64,000 nt of DNA from Faecousia sp. (lineage in GTDB: Bacteria; Bacillota; Clostridia; Oscillospirales; Oscillospiraceae). Position numbers and translations under genes: made by a program. Under the pieces are notes generated by a model that saw only the letters and a list, made by a program, of their open reading frames with translations, was not told where the DNA came from and searched no databases. The stretch lies in the NCBI GenBank assembly GCA_045605575.1, contig JAZUQE010000147.1, positions 10,672-74,671 of the forward strand, given 5' to 3'. Positions 22,651 to 32,984 of the stretch are shown here, piece after piece (the stretch's first letter is position 1; each line of letters begins with the position of its first letter).

Positions 22651-25029
22651 ATGTCTGATTTATATGAAAAATCCCTCCTAAAGCTGGAGCTGGATCAAGT
22701 TCTGGGACTGCTGGCCGACTGTGCCGGCAGCGCTGAGGGTAAGAACGTTTGTCGTGGGCTTCGCCCAATAAGCGATTTGGATGAGGTCCGGATCATGCTG
22801 TCCCAGACAACTGCGGCATCGGACCTGTGTACAAAGAAAGGAAATCCCAACTTTTCGGATATCCACGATCCTACGGCTGCGCTGGAGCGCGCTGACCGTG
22901 GCGGTATATTGCAGCCAAAAGAATTGCTGTCCATTGCCGGAGTTTTGCGCTGTGCCAGAACCGTTAAAAGCTATAAAAGTGAAACGGATACGCCTACAGT
23001 CCTGGATCCGCTGTTTATGGCGCTGAATGCGAATAAATACCTGGAAGACAGAATTTTTGGTGCTATCCTCTCCGAGGAGGAGATCGCAGATACTGCCAGC
23101 ACTGCACTTGCAGATATCCGCAGACATATGCGGGTACAAAGTGCTAAGATCCGCGACAGCCTGCAGAAGGTGATTTCTTCGCCAGCCTATTCGAAGCTTC
23201 TTAGAGAGCCGATTATTACCATAAGGCAAGGTCGGTATGTGGTTCCGGTCAAGAGTGAATGCAAAAATGACCTCCCTGGTTTGGTTCACGATGTTTCCGC
23301 AACCGGTTCTACCTATTTTGTGGAACCTATGTCCGCGGTCAATGCCAACAACGCATTGCGGGAGTTGGAAATTAAAGAGAAAAAGGAGATCGAGCGGATT
23401 CTCGCTGAGCTGTCCGCTGAAGCTGCAGCCCACCGGGAGTCTATTGATCTGGATTTCCGTATGCTGGTGCAGCTGGATGTGATCTTTGCCAAGGCTCGTC
23501 TGGCTTACCGGATGCGCGCATGGGAACCGGTAATGAACGATGAGGGCCGTGTGCAGCTGCGAAATGCACGCCATCCGCTGATCGATCCGCAGAAGGTCGT
23601 GCCAATCAATCTGCGTATTGGCAGTGACTTTGACAGCATGATCATCACGGGCCCCAATACCGGAGGTAAGACGGTAACATTAAAAACGGTAGGTCTTTTG
23701 GTGCTGATGGCAGAATGTGGCTTGCACATTCCGGCAGGTGATGGAAGCTGCCTGTCCACCTTTGACGCTATTTTAGCGGATATTGGCGACGAGCAGTCTA
23801 TCGCGCAGAGTCTTTCTACTTTTTCTAGTCATATGCGTACCATAGTGGATGTGGTATCGGAATGTGATAGCCGCACATTGGTGTTGTTTGATGAGCTAGG
23901 TGCCGGTACGGATCCTGCTGAAGGTGCGGCTTTGGCGATCGCTTTGATTGAGTTTTGCAGACAAATGGGAGCGCATGTAGTAGCAACGACACACTATGCA
24001 GAGCTGAAACTGTACGCTATGCGTACACCGGGAGTCATCAACGCGTCCTGCGAGTTTGATGTGGAATCCTTGCAGCCCACATATAGACTGCTGATAGGGA
24101 TCCCCGGTAAGTCCAATGCTTTTGCAATTTCCAGGCGTCTAGGCTTGTCTGAAGATATCCTAAAGCAGGCAGCAGATTTCGTGGGTCAAAGTGATCGCGA
24201 TTTCGAGGATGTGCTTTCCCAGCTTGAGCAGCAGCGCCAGCAAATGGAGGCAGCGAAGCGCGAGGCGGAACGTCTGCGTCAAGAAACAGAAAAGATCAAG
24301 CGTCAGAGTGAGGAGTTCAGCTTGCAACTCCAAAAAGAGCGTGAAAAGGCCTTGGAGCAGGCAAGACGAGAGGCACAGGAGATCATAGAAGATGCCAGAA
24401 GAACGGCGAACGCCGCTTCTGAGGAACTGAAAGCCTTGAGGAAGCAATTGACAGAGTCTGCTGATACGCAGGGTATCAATCAGCGTCAGTCAGAGCTTCG
24501 GAAGAGCTTGAATGAAGCAGAAGCTAGGATCCGCGCCAATCAAGTAGAAAAGAAACGCCCGGAACCGACGAGAGGGATTTTGGTTGGAGACACAGTGGAA
24601 CTTTTGAAGCTTGGCACGAAAGCAAGCGTGATCGCAATCAATAAAGATGGCTCCTATCAGCTTCAGGCAGGCATTTTGAAGCTCTCCGCGAAGGCAGATG
24701 AGATTTATCTGCTTGAGCATGAAAATCCGTATATTCAAAAGCAGGGGCGTCCTGCTCACTCCGGCAGAGAAATGAGGATGGCTGCCACGTCCAGTGAAGT
24801 GGATCTACGTGGTATGGATGCTGTAGAGGCTATATGTGTGTTAGAACGTTATCTGGATGAGGCTATGCGTTCTAACTTGCAGTCTGTGCGTATTATTCAC
24901 GGAAAAGGAACCGGTACTCTGCGTGCTGCTGTTCAGCAGTCGCTTCGTAAGAATAAATTCGTGAAGAAATACCGTCTTGGTGTATATGGAGAGGGAGAAG
25001 ATGGCGTCACGATTGCCGAATTTTCCTAA
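22651..25029 (+). CDS. mutS2: Endonuclease MutS2
   Basis: ITGPNTGGKT, SLSTFSSHM, DELGAGTDP, C-terminal Smr domain (DLRG...IIHGKGTG). Confidence 0.96.
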   Translation: MSDLYEKSLLKLELDQVLGLLADCAGSAEGKNVCRGLRPISDLDEVRIMLSQTTAASDLCTKKGNPNFSDIHDPTAALERADRGGILQPKELLSIAGVLRCARTVKSYKSETDTPTVLDPLFMALNANKYLEDRIFGAILSEEEIADTASTALADIRRHMRVQSAKIRDSLQKVISSPAYSKLLREPIITIRQGRYVVPVKSECKNDLPGLVHDVSATGSTYFVEPMSAVNANNALRELEIKEKKEIERILAELSAEAAAHRESIDLDFRMLVQLDVIFAKARLAYRMRAWEPVMNDEGRVQLRNARHPLIDPQKVVPINLRIGSDFDSMIITGPNTGGKTVTLKTVGLLVLMAECGLHIPAGDGSCLSTFDAILADIGDEQSIAQSLSTFSSHMRTIVDVVSECDSRTLVLFDELGAGTDPAEGAALAIALIEFCRQMGAHVVATTHYAELKLYAMRTPGVINASCEFDVESLQPTYRLLIGIPGKSNAFAISRRLGLSEDILKQAADFVGQSDRDFEDVLSQLEQQRQQMEAAKREAERLRQETEKIKRQSEEFSLQLQKEREKALEQARREAQEIIEDARRTANAASEELKALRKQLTESADTQGINQRQSELRKSLNEAEARIRANQVEKKRPEPTRGILVGDTVELLKLGTKASVIAINKDGSYQLQAGILKLSAKADEIYLLEHENPYIQKQGRPAHSGREMRMAATSSEVDLRGMDAVEAICVLERYLDEAMRSNLQSVRIIHGKGTGTLRAAVQQSLRKNKFVKKYRLGVYGEGEDGVTIAEFS

Positions 25030-25140
25030 CAAAATTGACTGACAGCCAGAAATCTGTTGACTTTTTTAATTAGTTTGGTATGATATAGGCATACAAGGCA
25101 GCTGTCTGTCCTTGTTGTACAGTAAGGAGTGTGTCACGCT

Positions 25141-25401
25141 ATGTTCAGTAAAGAAGTTGTGGTTCGCTGTGAGTCCGGTCTGCATAATAAGCAGGCTACA
25201 TATTTCGTGCAGAAGGCGAACGAGTTTGATAGCAGCGTTTGGCTTGAGTCTGACAACCGTAAAATGAATGCCAAGAGTCTTCTCGGAATTATGTCTCTGG
25301 GTATCGTTACCGGTTCTGTTGTGAATCTGATCGCTTCCGGCCCAGATGCTGAGGCGGCAGTCAATGCTCTGGAGGCTTTGCTCCAGCGAGATATTTATTG
25401 A
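25141..25401 (+). CDS. ptsH: HPr-family phosphocarrier protein
   Basis: GLH (His15) and NAKSLLG (Ser46) motifs. Confidence 0.85.
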   Translation: MFSKEVVVRCESGLHNKQATYFVQKANEFDSSVWLESDNRKMNAKSLLGIMSLGIVTGSVVNLIASGPDAEAAVNALEALLQRDIY

Positions 25402-25412
25402 CAGTTTTATCT

Positions 25413-25451
25413 TACCGCCCCGGTATGCCTTATACTGGGGCGGTTTCTTTT
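25413..25451 (+). terminator. Intrinsic terminator after HPr
   Basis: ACCGCCCCGGTAT/ATACTGGGGCGGT hairpin followed by TTCTTTT. Confidence 0.7.
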
Positions 25452-25463
25452 GGGAGCAATGCT

Positions 25464-27284
25464 ATGACATTTGAAGCATTAAAGGAAAAAGCACATTCTT
25501 TACCATATGCCCCCGGTGTATACATTATGCGCAATGAGTCCGGACAAGTTATTTACGTCGGAAAGGCGAAAAAACTTCGCAATCGGGTGAGCCAGTACTT
25601 CTTGGATACAGTCAGTCATACACAGAAGACCAGAACTATGGTAAGCAAAATCCATGATTTTGATGTGATCATTGCCGCCTCAGAGTTCGAAGCCTTGGTG
25701 CTGGAGTGTTCTCTGATCAAGCGGTATATGCCGAAGTATAACATTCTTCTTAAAGATGATAAGGGATACCCTTATATTCGTTTGGACATGCGGCAGAGCT
25801 ATCCGATGCTGAGCATGGTCGGTAAAATTACGGATGATGGCGCTTCTTATTTCGGCCCGTTTGGCAGCAGGGGCGTGACGCAAAACTTACTGCAAACACT
25901 GCTGACTACGCTGAAGCTGCCATCTTGTAAAAGAAGCTTTCCTAAGGACATCGGTAAAGACAGACCTTGTTTAAATTATCACATGAATCAGTGTGCCGGC
26001 TGGTGTCAACCTCACTGCACACAGTCGCAATATTTGCAAACGATTGAACATGCCAAGCAGCTCCTCTCAGGTAATTATAAAGAGGTTGCAGCGCAAATTC
26101 GCGAGCAGATGCTGGAAGCCGCTGCAAATCTGGAATTTGAGCTGGCAGCTGGCCTTAGAGACCGGTTGAATGCCGTTCAAATGCTGGGACAGAAGCAGCT
26201 TGTGACAGCAAGTGCGTTGGCGGATGTGGACGTGATTGGTTATGAGCAAACCGAATCAAAGGCTTGCTTTGCTGTGCTTCACTTTGCCGGTGGCAATTTG
26301 CTGGATAAAGACTATGAAGTGCTTGCGGTTCAGGATGATCCCACTATCGCGGTTTCCAGCCTGATCAAACAATATTATTTGAGCAGGGGCAGCGTGCCGA
26401 AAGCCATCTTTTTGCCATTTGAAATTGAGGACGCAGAACTGTTTGAGCAACTTTTACTGCAGCAATATGATAAGCGTGTGCGGTTCAAGGTTCCACAACG
26501 CGGTGATAATGTGAAATTGGTTGAACTGGCAAGGAAGAATGCATTGGAAGAAGCCCAGCGTGCTACCACAAAAGAAGAGAGAAGCCATGCGGCCTTAGCC
26601 ATGCTTGGAAAGATGCTATCGATTTCTGCACCAAAACGTATAGAGTCCTATGATATTTCAAACATTTCAGGAACGGATATGGTCGCAAGCATGGTTGTTT
26701 TTGTAAACGGGAAACCATTTAAGGGCGGATATAGGCGTTTTAAAATCGAAGAACTGGATGATCAGAATGACTATGCCGCTATGGCGCAGGTCATACACCG
26801 AAGATTTAAGCATTATCTGGAAGGCAATAAGGGCTTTGAGGAAATGCCGGATCTGGTTTTGATCGACGGCGGTGCTGCTCATGCCAAAATTGCCGCAGAT
26901 GTCCTTGCGGAGTTACAGATCCATGCAACGGTTGTTGGTATGGTTAAGGATGACCGACACAGGACCCGAGCATTGATGATGCCTGATGGTAAGGAAATAG
27001 CCATCGATGGACAACCAGCGGTTTTTTCACTCATAGGCTCTGTACAGGAAGAGACGCACCGGTTTGCGATTACCTATCATCGGCAGCTTCGCAGCAAACG
27101 ACTCCGGTACTCGGAACTGGATGGAATTACCGGAATTGGGCCGAAGAGAAAAGAGGCTCTTTTAAAACAGTTTAAGTCATTGACCGCAATACGGGAAGCG
27201 GCATTGCCTGAGTTGATGAGAGTTTTGCCGAGCGATGCTGCATATGCAGTGTATCAACATTTTCACAAAGAGGGATCCACATGA
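25464..27284 (+). CDS. uvrC: Excinuclease ABC subunit C
   Basis: GIY-YIG (PGVY...IYVGKAK.LR.RV..YF), RIESYDIS, LIDGG, HhH GIGPKR. Confidence 0.96.
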   Translation: MTFEALKEKAHSLPYAPGVYIMRNESGQVIYVGKAKKLRNRVSQYFLDTVSHTQKTRTMVSKIHDFDVIIAASEFEALVLECSLIKRYMPKYNILLKDDKGYPYIRLDMRQSYPMLSMVGKITDDGASYFGPFGSRGVTQNLLQTLLTTLKLPSCKRSFPKDIGKDRPCLNYHMNQCAGWCQPHCTQSQYLQTIEHAKQLLSGNYKEVAAQIREQMLEAAANLEFELAAGLRDRLNAVQMLGQKQLVTASALADVDVIGYEQTESKACFAVLHFAGGNLLDKDYEVLAVQDDPTIAVSSLIKQYYLSRGSVPKAIFLPFEIEDAELFEQLLLQQYDKRVRFKVPQRGDNVKLVELARKNALEEAQRATTKEERSHAALAMLGKMLSISAPKRIESYDISNISGTDMVASMVVFVNGKPFKGGYRRFKIEELDDQNDYAAMAQVIHRRFKHYLEGNKGFEEMPDLVLIDGGAAHAKIAADVLAELQIHATVVGMVKDDRHRTRALMMPDGKEIAIDGQPAVFSLIGSVQEETHRFAITYHRQLRSKRLRYSELDGITGIGPKRKEALLKQFKSLTAIREAALPELMRVLPSDAAYAVYQHFHKEGST

Positions 27285-27832
27285 GAGTAATTGCCGGAAC
27301 AGCAAAAGGCAAACAGCTTAAAACGCCGGAAGGAATGCTTACCCGACCTACAACCGACCGTGTAAAGGAAGCACTATTCAGCATCATCCACTTTGACCTG
27401 CCGGAAGCAATCGTGCTTGACCTATTTGGCGGAACGGGACAGCTGGGAATTGAAGCTTTGAGCAGAGGTGCAAGAAAAGCGGTTTTTGTAGAGTCTCGCG
27501 AGGATGCGTGTAGATTGATCCGTGAGAATATAAAGCGAACCGGTTTTCAGGATAGAGCGCAAGTAGTTCGTTCGGACTATTTGGAATATTTACGGCATTG
27601 TAGGGAAAAATTTGATATTGTGCTTTTAGACCCGCCGTATGCAGAAGTTTTTTTAGAAAACGCATTAAAAATGATTACGGAAATTGACATTTTGCAATCT
27701 GGTGGTATAATAATCTCGGAGCGTCCTGCTGGGAAGGAACTGCCTTGGGTTTACGAAGGTTACTCCCGGTCTAAGGACTATAAGTACGGAAAGACGCTGC
27801 TTGCTGTATATCGAAAACAGGGAGCGGAATAG
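27281..27832 (+). CDS. rsmD: 16S rRNA m2G966 methyltransferase
   Basis: MRVIAG..KG, RPT.DRVKEALF, LDLF.GTG.LGIEALSRGA, DPPY. Confidence 0.95.
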   Translation: MRVIAGTAKGKQLKTPEGMLTRPTTDRVKEALFSIIHFDLPEAIVLDLFGGTGQLGIEALSRGARKAVFVESREDACRLIRENIKRTGFQDRAQVVRSDYLEYLRHCREKFDIVLLDPPYAEVFLENALKMITEIDILQSGGIIISERPAGKELPWVYEGYSRSKDYKYGKTLLAVYRKQGAE

Positions 27833-27840
27833 GACGAGCT

Positions 27841-28344
27841 ATGAAAGTTGCGATTTATCCCGGAAGCTTTGATCCAATCACAAGCGGTCACTTGAATATT
27901 ATACGCCGCGCTGCCCGGATTTTCGACAAACTGATCGTTTGCGTTATGGTCAATTCAGGCAAGCATCCCATGTTTGATCAGCAGGAGCGGGTAGATCTCA
28001 TCCGCCGTGTCACGCAGGATCTTCACAACGTTGAGGTCGATTCTTCTAATGAATTGTTAGCGGAATATGCCCGTAGAAAAGGCAGCTGTGTGATTGTGAA
28101 AGGGCTGCGGGCAGGTTCGGATTTTGAAAATGAATTTCAAATGGCACTGATCAATCATAAGATCAATCCAAGCCTGGATACCATGTTCCTGACAGCGGAA
28201 CATCAGTATATGTACCTTAGTTCCAGCACGGTGAAGGAACTTGGTAATTATGAGGTAGATCTTTCAGACTTTTTGCCGGAAGAGATTATTCCGGACTTTA
28301 AACAGCGTATTTATGAAATTCGCCAAGGAGGAAATAGAAAATGA
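27841..28344 (+). CDS. coaD: Pantetheine-phosphate adenylyltransferase
   Basis: YPGSFDPITSGH, KGLR...DF..E, LSSS.VKE. Confidence 0.96.
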   Translation: MKVAIYPGSFDPITSGHLNIIRRAARIFDKLIVCVMVNSGKHPMFDQQERVDLIRRVTQDLHNVEVDSSNELLAEYARRKGSCVIVKGLRAGSDFENEFQMALINHKINPSLDTMFLTAEHQYMYLSSSTVKELGNYEVDLSDFLPEEIIPDFKQRIYEIRQGGNRK

Positions 28345-28847
28345 ATGAGCAGCATATTGAGGATATTATTACAACATTATATGATACAATCCAGGATGCG
28401 AAATCCGTCCCTCTTGCGGCCGACAAGTGCATTGTTGAACGGGACAGACTGCTGGATATGCTGGATGAGATTATTGCCCAGTTGCCTTCCGAGCTGAAAC
28501 AGTCTCGTACAATTGTGGAGTCTCGCAATGAACTGATCGGTCAGGCACGCCGTGAGGCGGAATCTGTGATTCGTCAGGCACAGGAGAGAGCGGATGCCCT
28601 TGTGAAGCAGGAAGCTATTTACCAGGAAGCCAAGCGTCAGTGCCAGGAGATGGTTCTGCAGACACAGATTCGTATGGCGGAGCTGCGCAAGGCCAGTAAT
28701 GACTATATGGATAATGCTCTGGCACGTACGGAGGAAGCCATTGCGCAGTCTTTGGCTGAAGTGCGCGACACCCGGATCAAGTTCCAGGCCCTGTCTGAGG
28801 CTCAGGAAAAGAAATCCGGTGTTTCCAACATCAGTGCGGATGTGTGA
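28341..28847 (+). CDS. Coiled-coil protein (ATP synthase b/DivIVA-like hypothetical after coaD)
   Basis: AKSVPL....V.R...L...LP.EL..; helical heptads; position after coaD. Confidence 0.65.
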   Translation: MNEQHIEDIITTLYDTIQDAKSVPLAADKCIVERDRLLDMLDEIIAQLPSELKQSRTIVESRNELIGQARREAESVIRQAQERADALVKQEAIYQEAKRQCQEMVLQTQIRMAELRKASNDYMDNALARTEEAIAQSLAEVRDTRIKFQALSEAQEKKSGVSNISADV

Positions 28848-28918
28848 TTTATGAAACTAAGAAAGCGGCTCAAATATATGTTGGGCCGCTTTTTTGAATG
28901 AAATGGAGGAGCGTCAGT

Positions 28919-30613
28919 ATGGATTATTTGGAGCGTTATGAGTTTTGGAAGGGTGCAGGCTTGCCGGAGGAAGTGCAGCTGGAGCTGGAAGCAATCCGCG
29001 ATGATCATGAAGAATTAAAGGGAAGATTCGGCAGCGATCTCCAATTTGGCACAGCTGGTATGCGTGGAATTATGGGCGCGGGCAGCAACCGACTCAATCG
29101 TTATACAGTTCGCAGAGCGGCGCAGGGTATGGCTGCATGGCTGACCTCTACCGATCTGCCCCAGATCGCTGCAATCGGCTATGATTCCAGACATAATTCC
29201 CAGCTGTTTGCGCAGGTATGCGCCGTCGCTTTTGCTGAGGCCGGAATTCATACTTGGCTGTATGATCGCTTGGCTCCGACCCCTATGCTGTCTTATGCGG
29301 TTAGAGAGCTGAAATGCGGCTGTGGTATTGTGATCTCTGCCAGTCATAATGCAGGCGCCTATAATGGTGTAAAATGCTACGGTCCGGATGGCTGCCAAAT
29401 GACGGATGAGCCCGCAGCAATTGTTACACAGAAGATCTCCCAAATTCCCTATTTTGTGCCTGAAAGCAAAAGCTTCGATGCCTTTATGGATGATGGCATG
29501 ATTTCCTATATTGGTCAGGAGCTGTGGGAGAAATACTATGAAACAGTGCTCGCAGAAGCGGTTGCTCCGGAGCTGCTGGCCTCTGCCGGCTTGAGTGTCG
29601 TATACACACCCCTGTGCGGTACCGGTAATGAACCTGTCAGAGAGGTGCTGGGCAGGCTTGGTGTGAATATTCACATAGTCGCATGCCAGGAGAAGCCGGA
29701 TGGCGATTTTAAGACCTGTGAGTATCCGAATCCGGAGACCGATCAGGCGCTGAATGAGAGCTATAAAGTGGCAGCAACGGTTCCGTGCGATGTAATTCTG
29801 GGTACGGACCCCGATTGCGACCGTGTTGCCATTGCGGTGCCAGAGGGCGGCGGCTACCGAAAGCTTTCCGGTAACGAACTGGGCTGCTTGCTGTTGGATT
29901 ACATTTTAAAGGCTCGCAGTGCTAAGGGTGATATTCCCGAGGGTGCGATTGCAGTGAGAAGTATCGTTTCTTCTCCTTTGGCTGATCGGATCGCAGAGAC
30001 CTATGGAATTACCATGAAGAGTGTTTTGACTGGCTTTAAGTACATTGGCGGTGAGATCCTGGAGCTGGAGCAGAAGGGCGAGGAAGCTAAATATCTGTTT
30101 GGCTTTGAGGAAAGCTGTGGCTACCTAAAGGGCACCTATGCCCGTGATAAGGATGCTGTGGTTGCATCTATGCTGGTTTGTGAGTTGGCTGCCTCCTTGA
30201 AGAAGGAGGGCAAAACGATCCTGGATGCAATGGACGAGCTGTACCAGCAGTATGGATATTACCTGGCTTATGTGCAGAGTATCGAGCTCTCCGGTGCGGA
30301 TGCAATGGAAAAAGCGGCGAAGATGATGGCTGACCTGCGTGCAGATGCACCTGCTGCTATCGGCGGTGCAAAAGTTACGGAAGTGCGTGACTATAGATCC
30401 AGCATCGCAACAAATGTAGAAAACGGAAAGCAGACAACGATCCAGCTGCCTAAGTCCAATGTGCTGGAATTTATCCTGGGAAAGCAGGGAAGCGTTATTG
30501 CACGGCCGTCCGGTACAGAACCGAAAGTCAAGTTCTATTACACAGCGGTTGCAGAGAATCATGATAAAGCGCGCACGTTGTTGGATGCGATGATTGCGCA
30601 GATGTCAAAATAA
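28919..30613 (+). CDS. pgm: Phosphoglucomutase/phosphomannomutase
   Basis: FGTAGMRG, SASHN, TDPDCDR, FEES.G, RPSGTEPK. Confidence 0.93.
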   Translation: MDYLERYEFWKGAGLPEEVQLELEAIRDDHEELKGRFGSDLQFGTAGMRGIMGAGSNRLNRYTVRRAAQGMAAWLTSTDLPQIAAIGYDSRHNSQLFAQVCAVAFAEAGIHTWLYDRLAPTPMLSYAVRELKCGCGIVISASHNAGAYNGVKCYGPDGCQMTDEPAAIVTQKISQIPYFVPESKSFDAFMDDGMISYIGQELWEKYYETVLAEAVAPELLASAGLSVVYTPLCGTGNEPVREVLGRLGVNIHIVACQEKPDGDFKTCEYPNPETDQALNESYKVAATVPCDVILGTDPDCDRVAIAVPEGGGYRKLSGNELGCLLLDYILKARSAKGDIPEGAIAVRSIVSSPLADRIAETYGITMKSVLTGFKYIGGEILELEQKGEEAKYLFGFEESCGYLKGTYARDKDAVVASMLVCELAASLKKEGKTILDAMDELYQQYGYYLAYVQSIELSGADAMEKAAKMMADLRADAPAAIGGAKVTEVRDYRSSIATNVENGKQTTIQLPKSNVLEFILGKQGSVIARPSGTEPKVKFYYTAVAENHDKARTLLDAMIAQMSK

Positions 30614-30627
30614 AAGATACTCCCCAT

Positions 30628-30665
30628 AGAACCAAGGCGGTTTTAACTGCCTTGGTTCTTTTTTC
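30628..30665 (+). terminator. Intrinsic terminator
   Basis: AGAACCAAGGCGGTT/AACTGCCTTGGTTCT hairpin followed by T-run. Confidence 0.75.
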
Positions 30666-30708
30666 TTATGTAGAGGAATATGTTGCATTAGAAGCAAACT
30701 AAATCATT

Positions 30709-31161
30709 ATGGGATCAAAGGAGTGGCGTCTTATGGTCAATATACGCAAGCAGGGGAGAGAAGAGCCATCAATTTTAAAAAGTGCATTGATTGGTGCAGC
30801 GGTGAGCATTGTGTTGATGATTGTTTCGAATGCCTCAATTGCTTGGCTGACTGTCAGTGAGCGCATGCCTCAGGAGATGTTGGGGCATGGAGTATTGTTG
30901 ATACTTATGTTATCGGCTGGAGCTGGTGCGTTGACCTCTATCAAAATCGCTAAATGCAAACAACTACTCGTTTCTGTTCTAAGTGGCACGATTTATTGCG
31001 CGTGTCTGCTGATTGTTACAGTATTTTGCTTTGGTGGCGAGTTTGATGGTGTTGTAGTCACGATCAGCGTGATATTGGCAGGCGCGATTTGTGTTGCGTT
31101 ACTTTCTGCCGGAATTGGCCAAAAGGCACAGAAAGGGAATAAAAAGAGGCACCATCGTTAA
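30709..31161 (+). CDS. Four-TM membrane protein (TIGR04086/YrzE-like)
   Basis: Four hydrophobic Gly/Ala-rich segments and a basic tail; family assignment by resemblance only. Confidence 0.55.
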   Translation: MGSKEWRLMVNIRKQGREEPSILKSALIGAAVSIVLMIVSNASIAWLTVSERMPQEMLGHGVLLILMLSAGAGALTSIKIAKCKQLLVSVLSGTIYCACLLIVTVFCFGGEFDGVVVTISVILAGAICVALLSAGIGQKAQKGNKKRHHR

Positions 31162-31172
31162 GTTGTACAAAA

Positions 31173-31209
31173 ACAAATAGTAGGTAAATTATATTTACCT
31201 ACTATTTGT
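31173..31209. repeat. Perfect 17-bp inverted repeat
   Basis: ACAAATAGTAGGTAAAT-tat-ATTTACCTACTATTTGT. Confidence 0.85.
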
Positions 31210-31498
31210 AGAACGCAAGAAATCCTGCATTATCAACATTTTGACGTTAACGTTGATGTCTTCCACTATATCTTGAATTTTGCAGGAAATAATCACCAAT
31301 ATTGAGAATTTGGTTTACCAAGTTTACATAATGATGTTTACATAAATATTGGCATAATTTACAAAAATTCTAAAAAAGCCGGATTTTACTTGAAATTGAT
31401 TGTTTTTTGGAGTATAGTAATCATGCATTTTATAAGTTAGGTTTTGTGCCTACTTCTTTCTTTCTGCATGTTTATTATCTTTATTTATTCATAAGATC

Positions 31499-32026
31499 AT
31501 GCAGGGAGTAATGCTTATGTATGTACAAAAACTGTTGCTGTCTAGATTATCCGAAACGACTGTTCGCTATATGAAAGTGATCGTCATTTGGATGTTCGGT
31601 TTTCTTCTTGGTTGCTGTTCCGCCAGATCAGTAGAGCCGCCAATATATTCTTTGATGCGTCGGGCTGTTCAAATACCGATGTCGATCGATGGCTTGCTGA
31701 CTGCCTATTTTCTACCTTTTCTGACTGCCGCCGTAGCTTTTCAGATGAAACGTGAATCTTGGTTGCGGGCTGTATGTTTCATAAAAGCATTTACTTATGC
31801 CTATTTAGCCAATTGTTTGTTTTTTTCCCAGACTTCCGCCTGGTTGCTGATCCCGTTCTTCTGTTTTTCGGATTTGTTTTCCAATATTTTGGTGATGTGG
31901 TTTGCTGTTCGTGAGCATTCTTTTGAGTCAAAATTTGTAAATGCAATCCCGATGGTTTTTACTACAGCCGCTGCATGTCTGGATTTTTTTGTTTTTTCAC
32001 CCTTTTTGGCTATGATTACTGCATAA
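31499..32026 (+). CDS. Membrane protein, possibly a divergent SpoIIM
   Basis: About 5 TM segments; directly upstream of xerD, where spoIIM usually lies; CATAAGAT just upstream; start uncertain. Confidence 0.45.
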   Translation: MQGVMLMYVQKLLLSRLSETTVRYMKVIVIWMFGFLLGCCSARSVEPPIYSLMRRAVQIPMSIDGLLTAYFLPFLTAAVAFQMKRESWLRAVCFIKAFTYAYLANCLFFSQTSAWLLIPFFCFSDLFSNILVMWFAVREHSFESKFVNAIPMVFTTAAACLDFFVFSPFLAMITA

Positions 32027-32046
32027 TGGAAAGGTAGTACTGCTTC

Positions 32047-32931
32047 ATGTTAGATTTGGTTCGGGCATACGAAAATTACCTGACAAAGGTAAAGCAGGCA
32101 TCTGCCAACACCGTTTCCTCCTATATGAGAGATATTCGTCAGTTTGCTTCTTGGCTTTCTGACGAACGGGGGATCGATGTTGTTGATGCAACCCAACTGA
32201 ATATAGCCGATTATTTTTCTCACCTAGAATCTGAGGGCCGTTCCGGCGCGACACTTTCACGTAGCTTAGCCAGCCTAAAGAATTTCTACACTTATGTAGT
32301 ATCTACCGGTTTTTTGGAGCAGAGTCCTGTCCTGGATGTACATGTTGAGCGGGGAGAAAAGAAAGCTCCCCAAATCCTTACCAGCCGTGAGATCGAGCGC
32401 TTGCTTGCGCAACCTGCCTGTGTAGATGCAAAAGGTTATCGAGATAAAGCAATGCTCGAAGTAATGTATGCAACCGGTATTCGTGTTACGGAGCTGATCA
32501 ATCTCGATCTTTCTGACGTGAATCTGGAGCTTGGTATTATTAAATGTACCGGTTCTAAAAAATCCCGTGCCATTCCGTTGTATCCAGCAGCGCTTCGAGC
32601 TTTGAAAGCTTATTTGGATCAAGTGCGCTCCTCTATGATTCTGGATTCGGATGAGCGTGCACTGTTCGTGAATATCAGCGGTGTTCGTATGAGCAGGCAA
32701 GGGTTTTGGAAAATACTAAAGCATTATCAGCAAACGGCCCATATTGAGAAGGAAATCACGCCCCATACGCTTCGACATAGCTTTGCAGTGCATCTGCTGG
32801 AAAACGGTGCGGATATTGGCTCTGTTCAGGAACTGATGGGTCACAGTGATATTTCTTCTACACAGGTCTATACGCAAATGATCAACCAAAAATTGAAATC
32901 TGTGTATGCCAAATGTCATCCAAGAGCATAA
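32047..32931 (+). CDS. xerD: Tyrosine recombinase XerD/RipX
   Basis: NTVSSY.RD, RDKAMLE..YATG.RV.EL, SRQGFWK..K, HTLRHSFA.HLLENGAD, GH.DISSTQ.Y. Confidence 0.9.
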   Translation: MLDLVRAYENYLTKVKQASANTVSSYMRDIRQFASWLSDERGIDVVDATQLNIADYFSHLESEGRSGATLSRSLASLKNFYTYVVSTGFLEQSPVLDVHVERGEKKAPQILTSREIERLLAQPACVDAKGYRDKAMLEVMYATGIRVTELINLDLSDVNLELGIIKCTGSKKSRAIPLYPAALRALKAYLDQVRSSMILDSDERALFVNISGVRMSRQGFWKILKHYQQTAHIEKEITPHTLRHSFAVHLLENGADIGSVQELMGHSDISSTQVYTQMINQKLKSVYAKCHPRA

Positions 32932-32966
32932 AAAACCTCTGTTGAAATGAGTCAACAGAGGTTTTC
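32932..32966. terminator. Bidirectional terminator
   Basis: AAAACCTCTGTTGA/TCAACAGAGGTTTT between convergent xerD and pfkA. Confidence 0.8.
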
Positions 32967-32984
32967 TTATTTGTCATATCATTG

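Noticed and set aside
22678-23574. 298-aa minus-strand ORF
   Set aside because: Antisense to mutS2; no motifs.
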